The notes under the pieces: model-generated | Seen by the model: the letters and a program-made list of their open reading frames with translations, nothing else | What the model was told of the DNA's origin: nothing | Database searches by the model: none | Origin: an uncultured Gemmatimonadales bacterium | GTDB lineage: Bacteria; Gemmatimonadota; Gemmatimonadetes; Gemmatimonadales; Gemmatimonadaceae | Reading direction: 5' to 3' | Assembly (NCBI GenBank): GCA_963793305.1 | Contig: CAWBZV010000002.1 | Span: 288,001 to 352,000 of the forward strand | Length of the DNA stretch: 64,000 nt | Position numbers and translations under genes: made by a program | Part shown: in pieces, positions 40,311 to 50,751 of the stretch | Layout: each line of letters begins with the position of its first letter | Position numbering within the stretch: position 1 is the stretch's first letter

Positions 40311-41651
40311 ATGAAGAGACTCGTTCTTCTGGTGCTCGTCGCGGGATGCTCCAGTTCCACCCCCACCTCCAGGCGGCGACCGGGTCCCTCTCCGTAACCG
40401 TGACGTCGCCCGTCGCTACCGTCACCGGCTTGACCGTGACGGGGCCCAAACGGCTTCACAAAGAGCATTACGTCCACCACGCACCTCAACGGGTCTTTCG
40501 CCCGGATCATACGTCAATCACGGCGCAGAGCTTCACGACCACGGATCCAATCGTCGCGACCGCGTATCAACGCGACGGTCACGGGGTCGCCCGCAACGGT
40601 ATCGGCGGGTGGAACCGCAACGTCAACGGTCAGCTACGCGACGCGACCTGGCAGTGGTGCGCTGTGGGTGGTGGGCGGAATCACGTCCGGATCGAACGTC
40701 CAGAATACCGCGATTGAATACACGGTCTCCCAACTGCAGGCGTCGAGCTCCGTCGCGCCCGCCGCGACGCTGAGCTTTCCCGTAACGACTGGTCGCAACA
40801 TCGACGCCAATGGCGTCGCGTTCGATGCCGCAGGGCAATATGTGGGTCGTCAATGACAACTCGAATACGGTCGTCGAGTATACCCCTTCGCCGCTCGGCG
40901 CGAACGGGTCACCCACGCCAGCGGTAACCATTCACTTGCCGGATTCGAGTTTCACGGACGGGCTCGCGCTCGATGCGAACGGCGATCTGTGGGTCGCGCT
41001 GCAAGATCCGAGCATCGTGGTCGAGTTCACGCCGGACCAGTTGAAGACGAGCGGCGCCCCGACGCCCGCCGTCACCATCACGGTCAAGGCGGGACCGCCG
41101 GGGACAGCCGGCACAGCCGGCGTTTCCGTTGGCGATCACGTTCGATGCGCAGGGTAGCCTGTGGGTCGTGAACACCGACGGGTTCGTGATCAAGTACACC
41201 ACGAGTCAGATCGCGTCGAGCGGCACGCCGGTGCCGGCGGTCAGTCTCCAGCCCTCAATCTTTCCGTACTTCGCGGCGTTCGACAAAGCTGGCAATCTCT
41301 GGCTCGCCGATGAAGCGTATGCCATCGGCGGCAACACGACCACGTACGTCGCCGGCCCGATCACGGAGTACGCCGCCGCGAGCCTCACGGCGTCGGGGTC
41401 GATATCCCCCACACGGACGCTGACGTTGCCGACTGGCAAGGCGGTCGTGTTTCCAGCGGCCATCGCATTCGACGCCAGCGGAAACCTCTGGTATTTGCGA
41501 TGTCTTCAACGCGACGCTCGGCGAATACACGGCGGCGCAACTCGCCGCGGGTGGCAACCCGTCACCGGCGATAACAATTGTCAACACGACGCCCGTCTAT
41601 GGCACGGGCCTGGCCTTCAATCCGAGCCTGGTGTTGTTGCCGTCGCACTGA
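40311..41651 (+). pseudogene. NHL/Vgb-like beta-propeller lipoprotein with multiple frameshifts
   Basis: Lipobox VAGC. Repeats AFDAxGNMWV, LALDANGDLWV, ITFDAQGSLWV, AFDKAGNLWL, IAFDASGNLW are spread over several frames; stop at 41651. Confidence 0.75.
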
Positions 41652-41670
41652 CGACACATATTGTGCGCCC

Positions 41671-43458
41671 ATGCGACGCCTCCTCATGCTGGCGACGATA
41701 CCGGTCGCCGCCCTCGCGCAATCCGCGCCGATCAGTGATGTCCACTATGATGTGACGGTCGACTCGACGACCGTCGCGCACCGGGACATCGATGTCTCGA
41801 TGCAGTTCCGTGTGGGGAGCGACGCGCCGATCGTGCTCTCGTTGCCCGCGTGGAGCCCGGGACATTACGTCCTGTTGTGGTTCGCGCGGCGCGTGTCGCA
41901 CTTCGTGCCGAGTGTGGAAGGGAAGCCACTCGACTGGCGCATGGTCGATTACCAAACGTGGCGCCTGGTCGGAGCGCACGCCGGCCAACGCGTCACGGTT
42001 CGCTTCTCGTACCTCGCCGATACGATCGACCGCGCGGTCGCCTGGACGAAGCCGGACTTTGCGTTCTTCAACGGCACGAACCTGTTCCTGTACCCAAAGG
42101 GGCAGGGGTTCGACTGGCCGGCCACCGTTACCGTCCACACGAGTCCCTCGTGGCACATTGCGACCGGGATGGACCCGGCGCCCGCGCCTCCAACGTTCGG
42201 CGCGAAGAACTATCATGATCTGACCGATATGCCCACTTTTGTCGGCCATTTCGATATCGACAGCACGCTGGCGGCCCCGGGCCACTACGTGCGGTTCGTG
42301 AGCTACCCGGCGGGCCTCGTGGGCCCCACGCGCATGACGCGCATACTCGGTTGGCTGAACAAGCTCGCCCCGGTCGAAGGCGCGGTCTTTCATGACATTC
42401 CTTGGCGCACGTACACGGTGCTGGAGATCGCCGACGCGCATCCCAACGGCGGCGGGCTGGAACATCAGGACTCGCAAACCGACGAGATCGCGCCCGATTG
42501 GCTGGACCTGCCGTTCCTCGCTGGCCTCTACTCCCACGAGATGTTTCATTCGTGGAACGTCAAGCGGCTGCGCCCCGCAGACATGGTGCCGTACCGGTAC
42601 GACGATGCGCAGCCGACGCAATGGCTGTGGGTCTCCGAGGGCATCACCGACTATTACTCGTATCTCGCCAACATGCGGAGCGGGATCTCCGATTCGGCGG
42701 AGTTTCTGGACCGGATCGCGGGAAACATTTCGGGCGTGAGCCAACAGCCGCCCACCGCGCTAGCCGATGCCTCGCTGCAACCGTGGATCGATCCCACCGA
42801 CGGCTCGGCCGGCATCTATTACCCGAAGGGCGCCCTCGCCGGGTTCATGCTCGATCTGATGATCCGCGATGCCAGCGACAACCGGCATTCGCTCGACGAT
42901 GTCATGCGGACGCTCTACGAGACGACGTATAAGAAGGGGAAGGGATTCACGCCCAACGACTGGTGGACCACCGTCAGCCAGGCCGCCGGCGGGCGGTCGT
43001 TCGATGCGGTGAACCGCCGGTTCATCGAAGGCCGAGATCCGTATCCGTGGGACTCCGTGCTCGCGCTCGCGGGTCTCGCGCTCAAGACCGATTCCGCGCG
43101 CGTCGTCATCTTCGGGATCCAAACCGCGCCGGACTCGTTAGGAATACGCGTGACCTACGTCGTCCCGGGTGGCGCCAGCGACCGCGCCGGGATCAAGCAG
43201 GGCGACGTGATCGTGTCATTGGGCGACGTTGTCTTCTCGAAATTCCCGTCGCTCAACGCCGCGCAAGCCGCCCTGCGCGAGCGATTCTCGCAAAACACGC
43301 AAGCCCCATACACCGCGCGCCGCGCCGGGGAAACCGTCACTGGCTCATTCCCCGTCGAGTTCCAGGTGCGCACCAACATGAGTATCGTGCCGGTTCCCGG
43401 TGCCTCAAAGAAGGCCCTCGAGGTTCGGCACGCGCTCTTTGCGGGGGCCACGCCGTAA
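41671..43458 (+). CDS. M61 family metallopeptidase with PDZ domain
   Basis: LPAWSPG, GGGLEH, HEMFHSWNVKRLRP, LWVSEGITDYY, YYPKG; C-terminal PDZ. Confidence 0.92.
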   Translation: MRRLLMLATIPVAALAQSAPISDVHYDVTVDSTTVAHRDIDVSMQFRVGSDAPIVLSLPAWSPGHYVLLWFARRVSHFVPSVEGKPLDWRMVDYQTWRLVGAHAGQRVTVRFSYLADTIDRAVAWTKPDFAFFNGTNLFLYPKGQGFDWPATVTVHTSPSWHIATGMDPAPAPPTFGAKNYHDLTDMPTFVGHFDIDSTLAAPGHYVRFVSYPAGLVGPTRMTRILGWLNKLAPVEGAVFHDIPWRTYTVLEIADAHPNGGGLEHQDSQTDEIAPDWLDLPFLAGLYSHEMFHSWNVKRLRPADMVPYRYDDAQPTQWLWVSEGITDYYSYLANMRSGISDSAEFLDRIAGNISGVSQQPPTALADASLQPWIDPTDGSAGIYYPKGALAGFMLDLMIRDASDNRHSLDDVMRTLYETTYKKGKGFTPNDWWTTVSQAAGGRSFDAVNRRFIEGRDPYPWDSVLALAGLALKTDSARVVIFGIQTAPDSLGIRVTYVVPGGASDRAGIKQGDVIVSLGDVVFSKFPSLNAAQAALRERFSQNTQAPYTARRAGETVTGSFPVEFQVRTNMSIVPVPGASKKALEVRHALFAGATP

Positions 43459-43488
43459 CTGGATCGCGCCCGGGGTCGTCCCCTGGTG

Positions 43489-44551
43489 ATGCGATCTCTC
43501 GTCGCGGCCGCCCTCGTAGCCTGCACCGCGTGCGCACCGGGCGACCGCTCGGTCGTGTTCGCGGCAGCCGCGCCGTGGCACGATCCCGTCGCGCTCGGGA
43601 CGCGCCAGGGGATCCAGCTCGCCGTTGACGAGATCAACGCCGCCGGCGGTCAGCACGTCGCCATCCGCTGGACGGATGACTCGGGCACAGGGACTCACGC
43701 GGCCGTTGTCGCGGAGTCCCTTGTCGCGGACCGCTCGGTCCTAGCCGTGATCGGCCACATCAACTCCGGCGCGCAAGTCGCCGCCGCGCACGTCTACGAT
43801 GGGCGCTTGGTCGCGCTGTCCTCGCAGGCGACGTTCTCCGGATCTCTCCGGGCTGTCGCATTGGATCTATCGCGTGGTGTCCAGCGACGCCGCGAACGGC
43901 GCCGGCCTGGCCCAGTTCGCGGGCACCCTTGGCGCGTCGCGCGCCGCGGTGCTGTACGAGAACGACTCCTATGGTCGTGGACTCGCGGGCGCATTCGAGC
44001 ACGCGTTCAAGGGCACGATCGTGGCGAGCGAACCGATCGCCGCCGCGGCGCCGACGTATGAGCCGTACGTCTCGTACATGCGGTCACTCGGGCCCGACGT
44101 TGTGTTCGTCGCCGGGCTCGAGACCTCCGGCCTCGCGGTGTTGCGCGAAGCCAAGCGGCAACACCTCGCCGTGCCGTTCCTCGGCGGCGATGGATGGACG
44201 GGACTCGCGGACGACGCCGCGGTGGGAGAAGGCGCCTACGTCGGAACGCCGTTCGTGGCCAGCGACACACGGAGCGAGGTCGTGCGATTTGTCCACGCGT
44301 TCGTGACGCGCTACCACGAGCGCCCGGACGAGGACGCCGCGCTCGCCTACGACGCGACGCGTCTGCTCGCGGCCGCCGTCGCCGCACGCGGCGCTGACCG
44401 CCGCGGTATCCGTGCCTATCTCGCGACCCTCACGCAGTCGAAACCGTTCGGCGGAATCACCGGGCCGATCGCGTTCGATTCGCTCGGCGACCCCGCCGGC
44501 CGTCAGTTCATCATGACGCGGATGCACGCGGGGGCGTTCGTGCCCTTCTAG
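43489..44551 (+). CDS. Branched-chain amino acid ABC substrate-binding protein (LivK-like), one frameshift at ~43834
   Basis: LAVDEINAAGG, AVIGHINS, YENDSYGRGL, AYDA, GITGPIAFD; extra T in ACGTTCTCC. Confidence 0.88.
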
Positions 44552-45468
44552 AGGTCGAGCTCCCACGTCTGGGCGACGAGCTTCGGTCCGAAGCGCTCAT
44601 TCGGTTCCTCCTCGACCAGCTCGAACCCTTCGCTCTCGTAGATCCGCCGCGCGGACGTTAGGACGTTGTTCGTCCAGAGGCGAATCTTTTTATACCCGAC
44701 TTGGCGCGCGAATCGAATGCACTCGCGCACGAGGCGTCGGCCCAAGCCCGCGCCGCGCGCGGACGCCTCGACCTGCAGGAGTCGCAGTTGGGCGATGGTC
44801 GGGGAGTGCGACACGAGGAAGACGAAGCCCACGATGTCGCCATCCGGTCGCTCGGCGATCCAGCATTGCTCGCGCGTCGGGTCATACTCTCGCAAGAATT
44901 TGGCGACGATGTCCGCGGCCAACGCCTCTGACAGATCGTTCCATCCGTACTCCTCGGAGTACATTGCGCCATGCCGATGCACGACCCAACCCATGTCACC
45001 GGGGCGCGGGGGGCGCAGAATATAGGTCGGCGCCACGGACTCAAGCGGCGCACCCAATATTTCGGCGATCGTCCGCATCGCCTCGACGAGCCGACGCTGG
45101 TGTGGAACCGGCAAGGCGTCGAGCATGGCGCCGGTCTCGCGCTCCTGCCGTTCCTCGAGTCCGGCGACCTCGGTCTTCCCTCTGCGGGTGAGCTCGAGCA
45201 AGCTCTGTCTGGCGTCTGACGCCGAAGGAATCTTGGCGACGATGCCCGCGTGCTCGAAGCGGCGGATGACCCGGCTCAAGTAGCCGAGATCGAGGCCGAG
45301 GGCTTTGCCGACTTCGGTCGCCGTGGGGCGAGTGCGATGCGCGATCTCGTACAGCACGCGCATCTCGCCGAGGGAGTACGCGCTCCCGAGAAAGGCCTCG
45401 TTGAGGAGGCCGATCTGGCGCGTATACATTCGGTTGAACCGCCGAACGGTCGCGGCGCGCTCCGTCAT
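44548..45468 (-). CDS. Bifunctional MarR-HTH / GNAT acetyltransferase
   Basis: VRRFNRMYTRQIG, LDLGYLSR, PGDMGWVVHRHG, AQLRLL, ARGAGLG, LWTN. Confidence 0.92.
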   Translation of the reverse strand: MTERAATVRRFNRMYTRQIGLLNEAFLGSAYSLGEMRVLYEIAHRTRPTATEVGKALGLDLGYLSRVIRRFEHAGIVAKIPSASDARQSLLELTRRGKTEVAGLEERQERETGAMLDALPVPHQRRLVEAMRTIAEILGAPLESVAPTYILRPPRPGDMGWVVHRHGAMYSEEYGWNDLSEALAADIVAKFLREYDPTREQCWIAERPDGDIVGFVFLVSHSPTIAQLRLLQVEASARGAGLGRRLVRECIRFARQVGYKKIRLWTNNVLTSARRIYESEGFELVEEEPNERFGPKLVAQTWELDL

Positions 45469-45475
45469 GAGACCA

Positions 45476-47053
45476 ATGTCAATTAAATGCTTGCTTTTGT
45501 CAACCATCTGGGCGGCGCCGCTGCGTGCCCAGATCGATACCGCGGGCGTTGATGCGATTTTCGCGCGGTTCTCCGGGCGGAACCCTGGTTGCGCGCTCAA
45601 CCTGATCGCGAACGGGGAGTCGATCTACGAGAAGGGCTACGGGTACGCCTCGCTCGAGCTCGATGTGCCGATCACACCGCGAACCGTGTTCGACCTGGGC
45701 TCCGTCTCGAAGCAATTCACGGCGATGAGCATCCTGCTGCTGGCGCAGGACAACAGACTCACGCTCGATGATGACATCCGGAAGTACGTGCCTGAGCTAC
45801 CGGATCTCGGGCACATCTCGCTGCGGCAGCTCATGCACCACACGAGCGGGTGGCGTGACTACACCGATCTCATGGCGCTCGCCGGTTGGGATGAGCGCGA
45901 CCACACGACGGACCAGGACGCGATCGACATCCTGAAGCGCCAACGCGCGCTCAACTTTCCGCCAGGCTCGACGTTTCGCTACAGCAACACGGGCTATTTC
46001 TTGATGTCGCTGGTCGTCCAGCGCGTCACGGGGAAAACGCTGCGCCAATTCGCCGCCGAGCGAATCTTCGGACCCCTCGGCATGTCCGACACGCAATTTC
46101 TCGACGACACGCGGCAGATCGTGCCGCGGCGCGCGACCGCGTATACGCGCGGCTTTGCCGGTTGGTGGCAGGTCGAGATGTCGAACTGGGATCAGGTGGG
46201 CGATGGGGCCGTGCAGACGACCGTGGAGGATCTCGCGAAGTGGGACGCGAATTTCTATGCGCCGGCTGTGGGGAGTCCGCAGATCGTCGAGGTGATGGCG
46301 ACGCCGGGTCTCGGTCACTACGGATTCGGGCTGTGGCGCGACGAGTATCGCCACGAGCCCGTCGTCTGGCATACGGGGGCGTGGGCTGGGTACCGCGCGG
46401 TGCTCATGCGATTTCCCGCGCGTCACCTGTCGATCATCGCGCTGTGCAATGCCTCCGATGCGCACACGTATAGCCTGGCCACGCGCCTCGCCAATCTCCT
46501 GATTCCCGATACGAGCGCGGTCACCGCGTATCCGCCCGTGCGCGTCCAGGGTGCGACGGGCCTGTACTCGAGCGACGGCGAGGGTGACATCCTCGATGTG
46601 AGCCAGAACGGCGACAGCGTGGTCATCGAGAACGCCGAATCGCGCCACGCGCTCGTGCCATTTGCCAACGGCCGGCTGCGCGATACGACCAATGGTTCGA
46701 CCTACGCGTTCGAGAAAGATCGCGTCATCGTGGAATCCTCTGGCGACGTGCCCGATACGATGCGGCGCGTTCCTCCGTCGGATCACCCGCGCCGACCAGC
46801 GTACGACGGCACATATCGGAGCGACGAGCTCGGACAGGCGTGGACGGTCCACGGGCTGGAAATCCATCGCCCCCGCGGCGAAGATCTCGCGCTTCGATCT
46901 CTCTATCGGGACGGCTTCCTGACACCCGATGGCACGCCCGTGCATTTCCTCCGCGACGCGTCGGGGCAGATCACGGCGCTCAGCATCACGACGAGCGGGG
47001 TCCACGATCTCAGATTCTCACGAGATCATCATGTGGCCGTCAGGACGCCCTAA
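45476..47053 (+). CDS. Serine hydrolase, beta-lactamase class C/AmpC-like
   Basis: SVSK (SxxK), YSN, HTG motifs; signal peptide. Start 45467 or 45476. Confidence 0.9.
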   Translation: MSIKCLLLSTIWAAPLRAQIDTAGVDAIFARFSGRNPGCALNLIANGESIYEKGYGYASLELDVPITPRTVFDLGSVSKQFTAMSILLLAQDNRLTLDDDIRKYVPELPDLGHISLRQLMHHTSGWRDYTDLMALAGWDERDHTTDQDAIDILKRQRALNFPPGSTFRYSNTGYFLMSLVVQRVTGKTLRQFAAERIFGPLGMSDTQFLDDTRQIVPRRATAYTRGFAGWWQVEMSNWDQVGDGAVQTTVEDLAKWDANFYAPAVGSPQIVEVMATPGLGHYGFGLWRDEYRHEPVVWHTGAWAGYRAVLMRFPARHLSIIALCNASDAHTYSLATRLANLLIPDTSAVTAYPPVRVQGATGLYSSDGEGDILDVSQNGDSVVIENAESRHALVPFANGRLRDTTNGSTYAFEKDRVIVESSGDVPDTMRRVPPSDHPRRPAYDGTYRSDELGQAWTVHGLEIHRPRGEDLALRSLYRDGFLTPDGTPVHFLRDASGQITALSITTSGVHDLRFSRDHHVAVRTP

Positions 47054-47182
47054 CTCTGGGAGGCGGACTCGGGCGTCGAGTACCAGGACGTCTTCCACGC
47101 CGTCGATATCGCCGTCGGGGCTGGGTGGTGCGGCTGGCGCCATAGGCGCTAAAATGCTAGCACTCATTCCCGGGAGGCGTAG

Positions 47183-48124
47183 ATGCGCGGTCGTGCGTGG
47201 TCGCTGGCGCTCGTATTGTTACCGGCGACGGTGTGGTCCCAGGCTCAACCCAAACGCCTCGCGGCGGTCGACAGCCTGAAGAGTCCGGAAGCGCTCAGCT
47301 ATGACGCGGCCGTGGACGCGTATTTCATTAGCAACATGAACAACCGCGACGGACACGGATTCATCACGCGTGTCCGTGGCAAGGATGGCGTCGTCGACAG
47401 CCTGCATTTCATCACGGGCTTGAACGCCCCGATGGGCTCCCGCATCAAGGGCGACACGCTCTGGCTGGTCGATCTCACGGCCCTCAAGGGTTTCGATGTA
47501 CACTCGGGCGCGCTGCTGGCGACGATCGACCTCTCGTCCGTACAACCGGTATTTCTCAACGACATGGCGATTGGCCCGGACGATGACTTCTACGTGACCG
47601 ACACGGGCTACGACATCAAGAACGACAAGCACACCGGGCCCGACCGTATCTATCACATTGCGCGGAACCGAAAGGTGACCGTAGTACTCGAGACACCGGC
47701 ACTCGACCAGCCCGATGGCATTGACTGGGATCCACGACAGCGGCGGCTGGTGCTGGCGCCGATCGGTGGTGACTCGGTCCAGGAGCTTCGACCGGGCGCG
47801 AAGGCGCCAACGGACATCGCGCCGGGCGCCGGCCGCTACGATGGCATTGAGGTCGAGAAGGACGGCACGATCTTGATCACGAGTTGGAACGATTCGAGCG
47901 TGATGGAGCTACGTGGTGGGGAGGTCGGCGCAGCCGCACTCCAGTCCAACCGACCAGTCGAGCAGCGCGCCAGCGCGGCATTGACGCGCGGCGGAGCCGC
48001 GCTCGTGCGGCGTATCGGCAAGCTCGCCGCACCAGTCGCGGATGTTAGTATGGACGCTCGCCGGCACCAGGTCGGCATCGTCTCTCTCGTCGCTAACCGG
48101 TTCGAGCTCTGGACTCTCCCATGA
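47183..48124 (+). CDS. SMP-30/gluconolactonase-like beta-propeller protein carrying an in-frame repeat insertion
   Basis: LKSPE, FLND, YVTDTG, PDGI, YDGI; signal peptide; GGAGG RBS. Confidence 0.85.
   Translation: MRGRAWSLALVLLPATVWSQAQPKRLAAVDSLKSPEALSYDAAVDAYFISNMNNRDGHGFITRVRGKDGVVDSLHFITGLNAPMGSRIKGDTLWLVDLTALKGFDVHSGALLATIDLSSVQPVFLNDMAIGPDDDFYVTDTGYDIKNDKHTGPDRIYHIARNRKVTVVLETPALDQPDGIDWDPRQRRLVLAPIGGDSVQELRPGAKAPTDIAPGAGRYDGIEVEKDGTILITSWNDSSVMELRGGEVGAAALQSNRPVEQRASAALTRGGAALVRRIGKLAAPVADVSMDARRHQVGIVSLVANRFELWTLP
47925..48001 (+). repeat. Structured ~77-bp repeat element, copy 2 (in frame inside CDS)
   Basis: Colinear identity blocks of 12, 12, 12 and 19 nt with 26976-27051; translated as VGAAALQSNRPVEQRASAALTRGGAA. 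Confidence 0.85.
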
Positions 48125-49437
48125 CGAAATATCTTCCTCTTCTTCTCGCGCTGGCCCTCGCCTGCACCAAGCAGCCCGAACAAAAGGCCGCCACGAACGG
48201 ACCTCCGGAGGGGCAATGCCCGGGCGACAACGGCGGCATCACGCTGACCGCGGGCTTTTGCGCGACCGTGTTCGCCGACACGGTTGGCCACGCGCGCGAC
48301 ATTGTCGTCGCGACCAACGGCGACGCGTACGTCAACACGTGGAGCGGCGAATACTATCCGTTGAAGGGGCCACCCGCGGGCGGCTTCCTCATCGCGATGC
48401 GCGACACGAAGCACACGGGCAAGGCCGACTCGATCGTTCGCTTCGGCCCAACGCCGGCGACCAAGGGAACCGGTGGCACCGGCATCGCGCTCTACAAGGG
48501 CTATCTCTACGCGGAAGCAGGACCGACCATCGTGCGCTACAAGTTGCCGGCCGGTCAACTCGTGCCGGACACGACGAGCGCCGAGGTCATCGTCTCCGAC
48601 ATGCCGATCGACGGCGATCATCCGATGCACCCGTTCGTGATCGACACGAGCGGCGCATTGTACACCGACGTCGGGTCAGCGTCGAACTCGTGCCAACTCA
48701 AGAATCGCACGCTGAATTCACCGGGCCACAACCCGTGCACCGAGCTCCAACGTCGCGCGGGCGTGTGGAAGTTCGACGCCAACAAGACAAACCAGCACTT
48801 CTCGCCCGCCGCGCGGTACGTGACCGGTCTCCGCAACGGGGTCGGGATCTCGATCGCACCCGATGGCTCGGTGTGGTCGACACAGCACGGACGCGATCAG
48901 CTCGGCGAGAACTTCCCCAAGCTCTACACGCTCGTGCAGAGCTCGGACTTACCGGCCGAGGAGCTGATGCACCTCACGGCAAACGCCGACTTCGGCTGGC
49001 CGGAGTGCTACTACGATCAGAACCAAAAGAAGCTCGTGCTCGCGCCGGAGTACGGCGGCGACGGCGGCAAAGCGATCGGCGTCTGCGCGAAGAAAATCGC
49101 GCCGGATGTGGCGTTCCCGGGCCACTGGGCGCCGGACGGCCTCGTGTTCTACTCGGGCACGATGTTCCCACCCCATTACCAATCCGGCGCGTTCGTCGCC
49201 TTCCATGGCTCGTGGGATCGGCCGATCGGGGGCCAGCAAGGCTACAAGATCGTGTTCCAGCCGTTCGCGAACGGCACGCCCTCAGCCCCGTACGAGACGT
49301 TCGCGGATGGGTTTGCCGGCGCCATCGTGTCGCCCGACAAGGCCGCTCATCGACCCGTCGGTCTGGCCGTCGCGCCTGATGGAGCGCTCTTTATGACGGA
49401 AGACTGGAATGGCCGCATCTGGCGGGTGACGCACTAG
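48121..49437 (+). CDS. PQQ-dependent sugar/sorbosone dehydrogenase family lipoprotein
   Basis: Lipobox LAC; GLRN, QHGRDQL, DFGWPECY, HWAP, AFHGSW, RPVGLAVAPDGAL. Confidence 0.88.
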   Translation: MTKYLPLLLALALACTKQPEQKAATNGPPEGQCPGDNGGITLTAGFCATVFADTVGHARDIVVATNGDAYVNTWSGEYYPLKGPPAGGFLIAMRDTKHTGKADSIVRFGPTPATKGTGGTGIALYKGYLYAEAGPTIVRYKLPAGQLVPDTTSAEVIVSDMPIDGDHPMHPFVIDTSGALYTDVGSASNSCQLKNRTLNSPGHNPCTELQRRAGVWKFDANKTNQHFSPAARYVTGLRNGVGISIAPDGSVWSTQHGRDQLGENFPKLYTLVQSSDLPAEELMHLTANADFGWPECYYDQNQKKLVLAPEYGGDGGKAIGVCAKKIAPDVAFPGHWAPDGLVFYSGTMFPPHYQSGAFVAFHGSWDRPIGGQQGYKIVFQPFANGTPSAPYETFADGFAGAIVSPDKAAHRPVGLAVAPDGALFMTEDWNGRIWRVTH

Positions 49438-50312
49438 CGATTGCCAAAGGGACGCGCGGGGACGGTGCGCAAGTACGTATACAGCGCACCGATCTCCGTG
49501 TCGCTCATGAGACGAAATTCGCGCCATGGCATGAACGTGTCGATTGGTGTTCCGCCCGGTCGAATTCCCTCGCGAAGGGCACGCGCAAACAGGGAATCGC
49601 TATAGGCGCCCATGCCAGCCGGCGTGAGGTTCGATGCGATCTTCTTGTTCGGTCCCATGTTCGGGATGAGGCCGCCAGAGAGCCCTGAGCCGTGACACCG
49701 CACGCATCCGCCGATGTTCGTCAGATATTGGCCATACTCGATGGTCGCCGCGACCGGCGGCGCCTTCGCTGGGGCGGGCGGGAGATCGGCGGCCAATTCC
49801 GCTGATCGGATCTTGGCGACGCTGAACGCCGTGAGCCCGCGCCCGATGGGCCCGATGGCTGGCGGCGGTATCTCCCGGTCTACGGGCGGCGCAGTGCGAA
49901 TCGCGGCGATCACATCCTCGAGATCATCGTCGGCGATCGTGCCGAAGACGTCCGACGGCATGATCAACAGCGATCGGCCACCCGGCAGATAGCCGTGACG
50001 GATCGCCGCCTCGAAATCGGCATCGCTGAACGTCGGCGCGGCGCCACCTCGGCCAGAGGTAAGATTTGGGGCCCACAGCCGCATGAACGGCATGCCATCG
50101 ATGAACAGCCGGCCGCCATAGTCCGGGCCATGGCAGCCCGTGCACATCATCGACGCGAGATGCTGGCCGTGCGCGATGCGCACCGGGTCAGTCGCCGCGT
50201 GAATCGATGTGGCCGGTGACGTATAGCGATGGCCTAGCACGGCTACGCTACGCGCGTAGATCGCTAGCGCGATGACCGCGATGCTGCCGACAATGATTCC
50301 AACGATTCGCAC
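49434..50312 (-). CDS. Membrane-anchored diheme c-type cytochrome
   Basis: CTGCH and CVRCH heme motifs; APNLT, SNLTP, MP motifs. Confidence 0.9.
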   Translation of the reverse strand: MRIVGIIVGSIAVIALAIYARSVAVLGHRYTSPATSIHAATDPVRIAHGQHLASMMCTGCHGPDYGGRLFIDGMPFMRLWAPNLTSGRGGAAPTFSDADFEAAIRHGYLPGGRSLLIMPSDVFGTIADDDLEDVIAAIRTAPPVDREIPPPAIGPIGRGLTAFSVAKIRSAELAADLPPAPAKAPPVAATIEYGQYLTNIGGCVRCHGSGLSGGLIPNMGPNKKIASNLTPAGMGAYSDSLFARALREGIRPGGTPIDTFMPWREFRLMSDTEIGALYTYLRTVPARPFGNR

Positions 50313-50327
50313 GCGCCTAATATAGCA

Positions 50328-50750
50328 TCACACTTCCAGGCGCTGCCCGAATGGGACGACCTCTCCACGCTCGACATTGCGCTTGAGCAAACGCAGGTAC
50401 ATCGCCCAGCAATAGCAGGAGATGCGATAATGGTCGTTCGACTGCGGCCAACCGGTGTGATGAAAGCGCACGTGCGTATCGCCCTTGGTTTCATCGAGCA
50501 CAAACCCCATCCGCGTGCCAGTCCAATCGGCGTCCGCACGCGTGAGCTCGATCTCGAACTCGCGATCAGCCACTGATCGGGATACCGTCGCCCGCCAATG
50601 GTGGGTTGGCCCGAAGAACAATTCGAGCTCGTCGCCTTGCTTCGACGAGCGTTCCGTCCACCACGTGTCGAGCCCCTCGGGCGTCGAGATGCCGTGAAAG
50701 ACCTGCGCCACGGGCGCGTGAATCACGAAGTGTTGGAAAATGTCCGGCAT
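50328..50750 (-). CDS. SRPBCC/AHSA1 domain protein
   Basis: IHAPVAQVF, GLDTWWT, WTGT, FHHTGW, CWAMYL. Confidence 0.85.
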   Translation of the reverse strand: MPDIFQHFVIHAPVAQVFHGISTPEGLDTWWTERSSKQGDELELFFGPTHHWRATVSRSVADREFEIELTRADADWTGTRMGFVLDETKGDTHVRFHHTGWPQSNDHYRISCYCWAMYLRLLKRNVERGEVVPFGQRLEV

Positions 50751-50751
50751 G

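Noticed and set aside
47018..47143. 41-aa minus-strand ORF MAPAAPPSPDGDIDG...
   Set aside because: No RBS, motif or family recognised, and it overlaps the serine hydrolase 3' end.
47157..47182. CIRCE element (CTAGCACTC...)
   Set aside because: Only the left arm matches; right arm and N9 spacing do not, and the downstream gene is not a chaperone.
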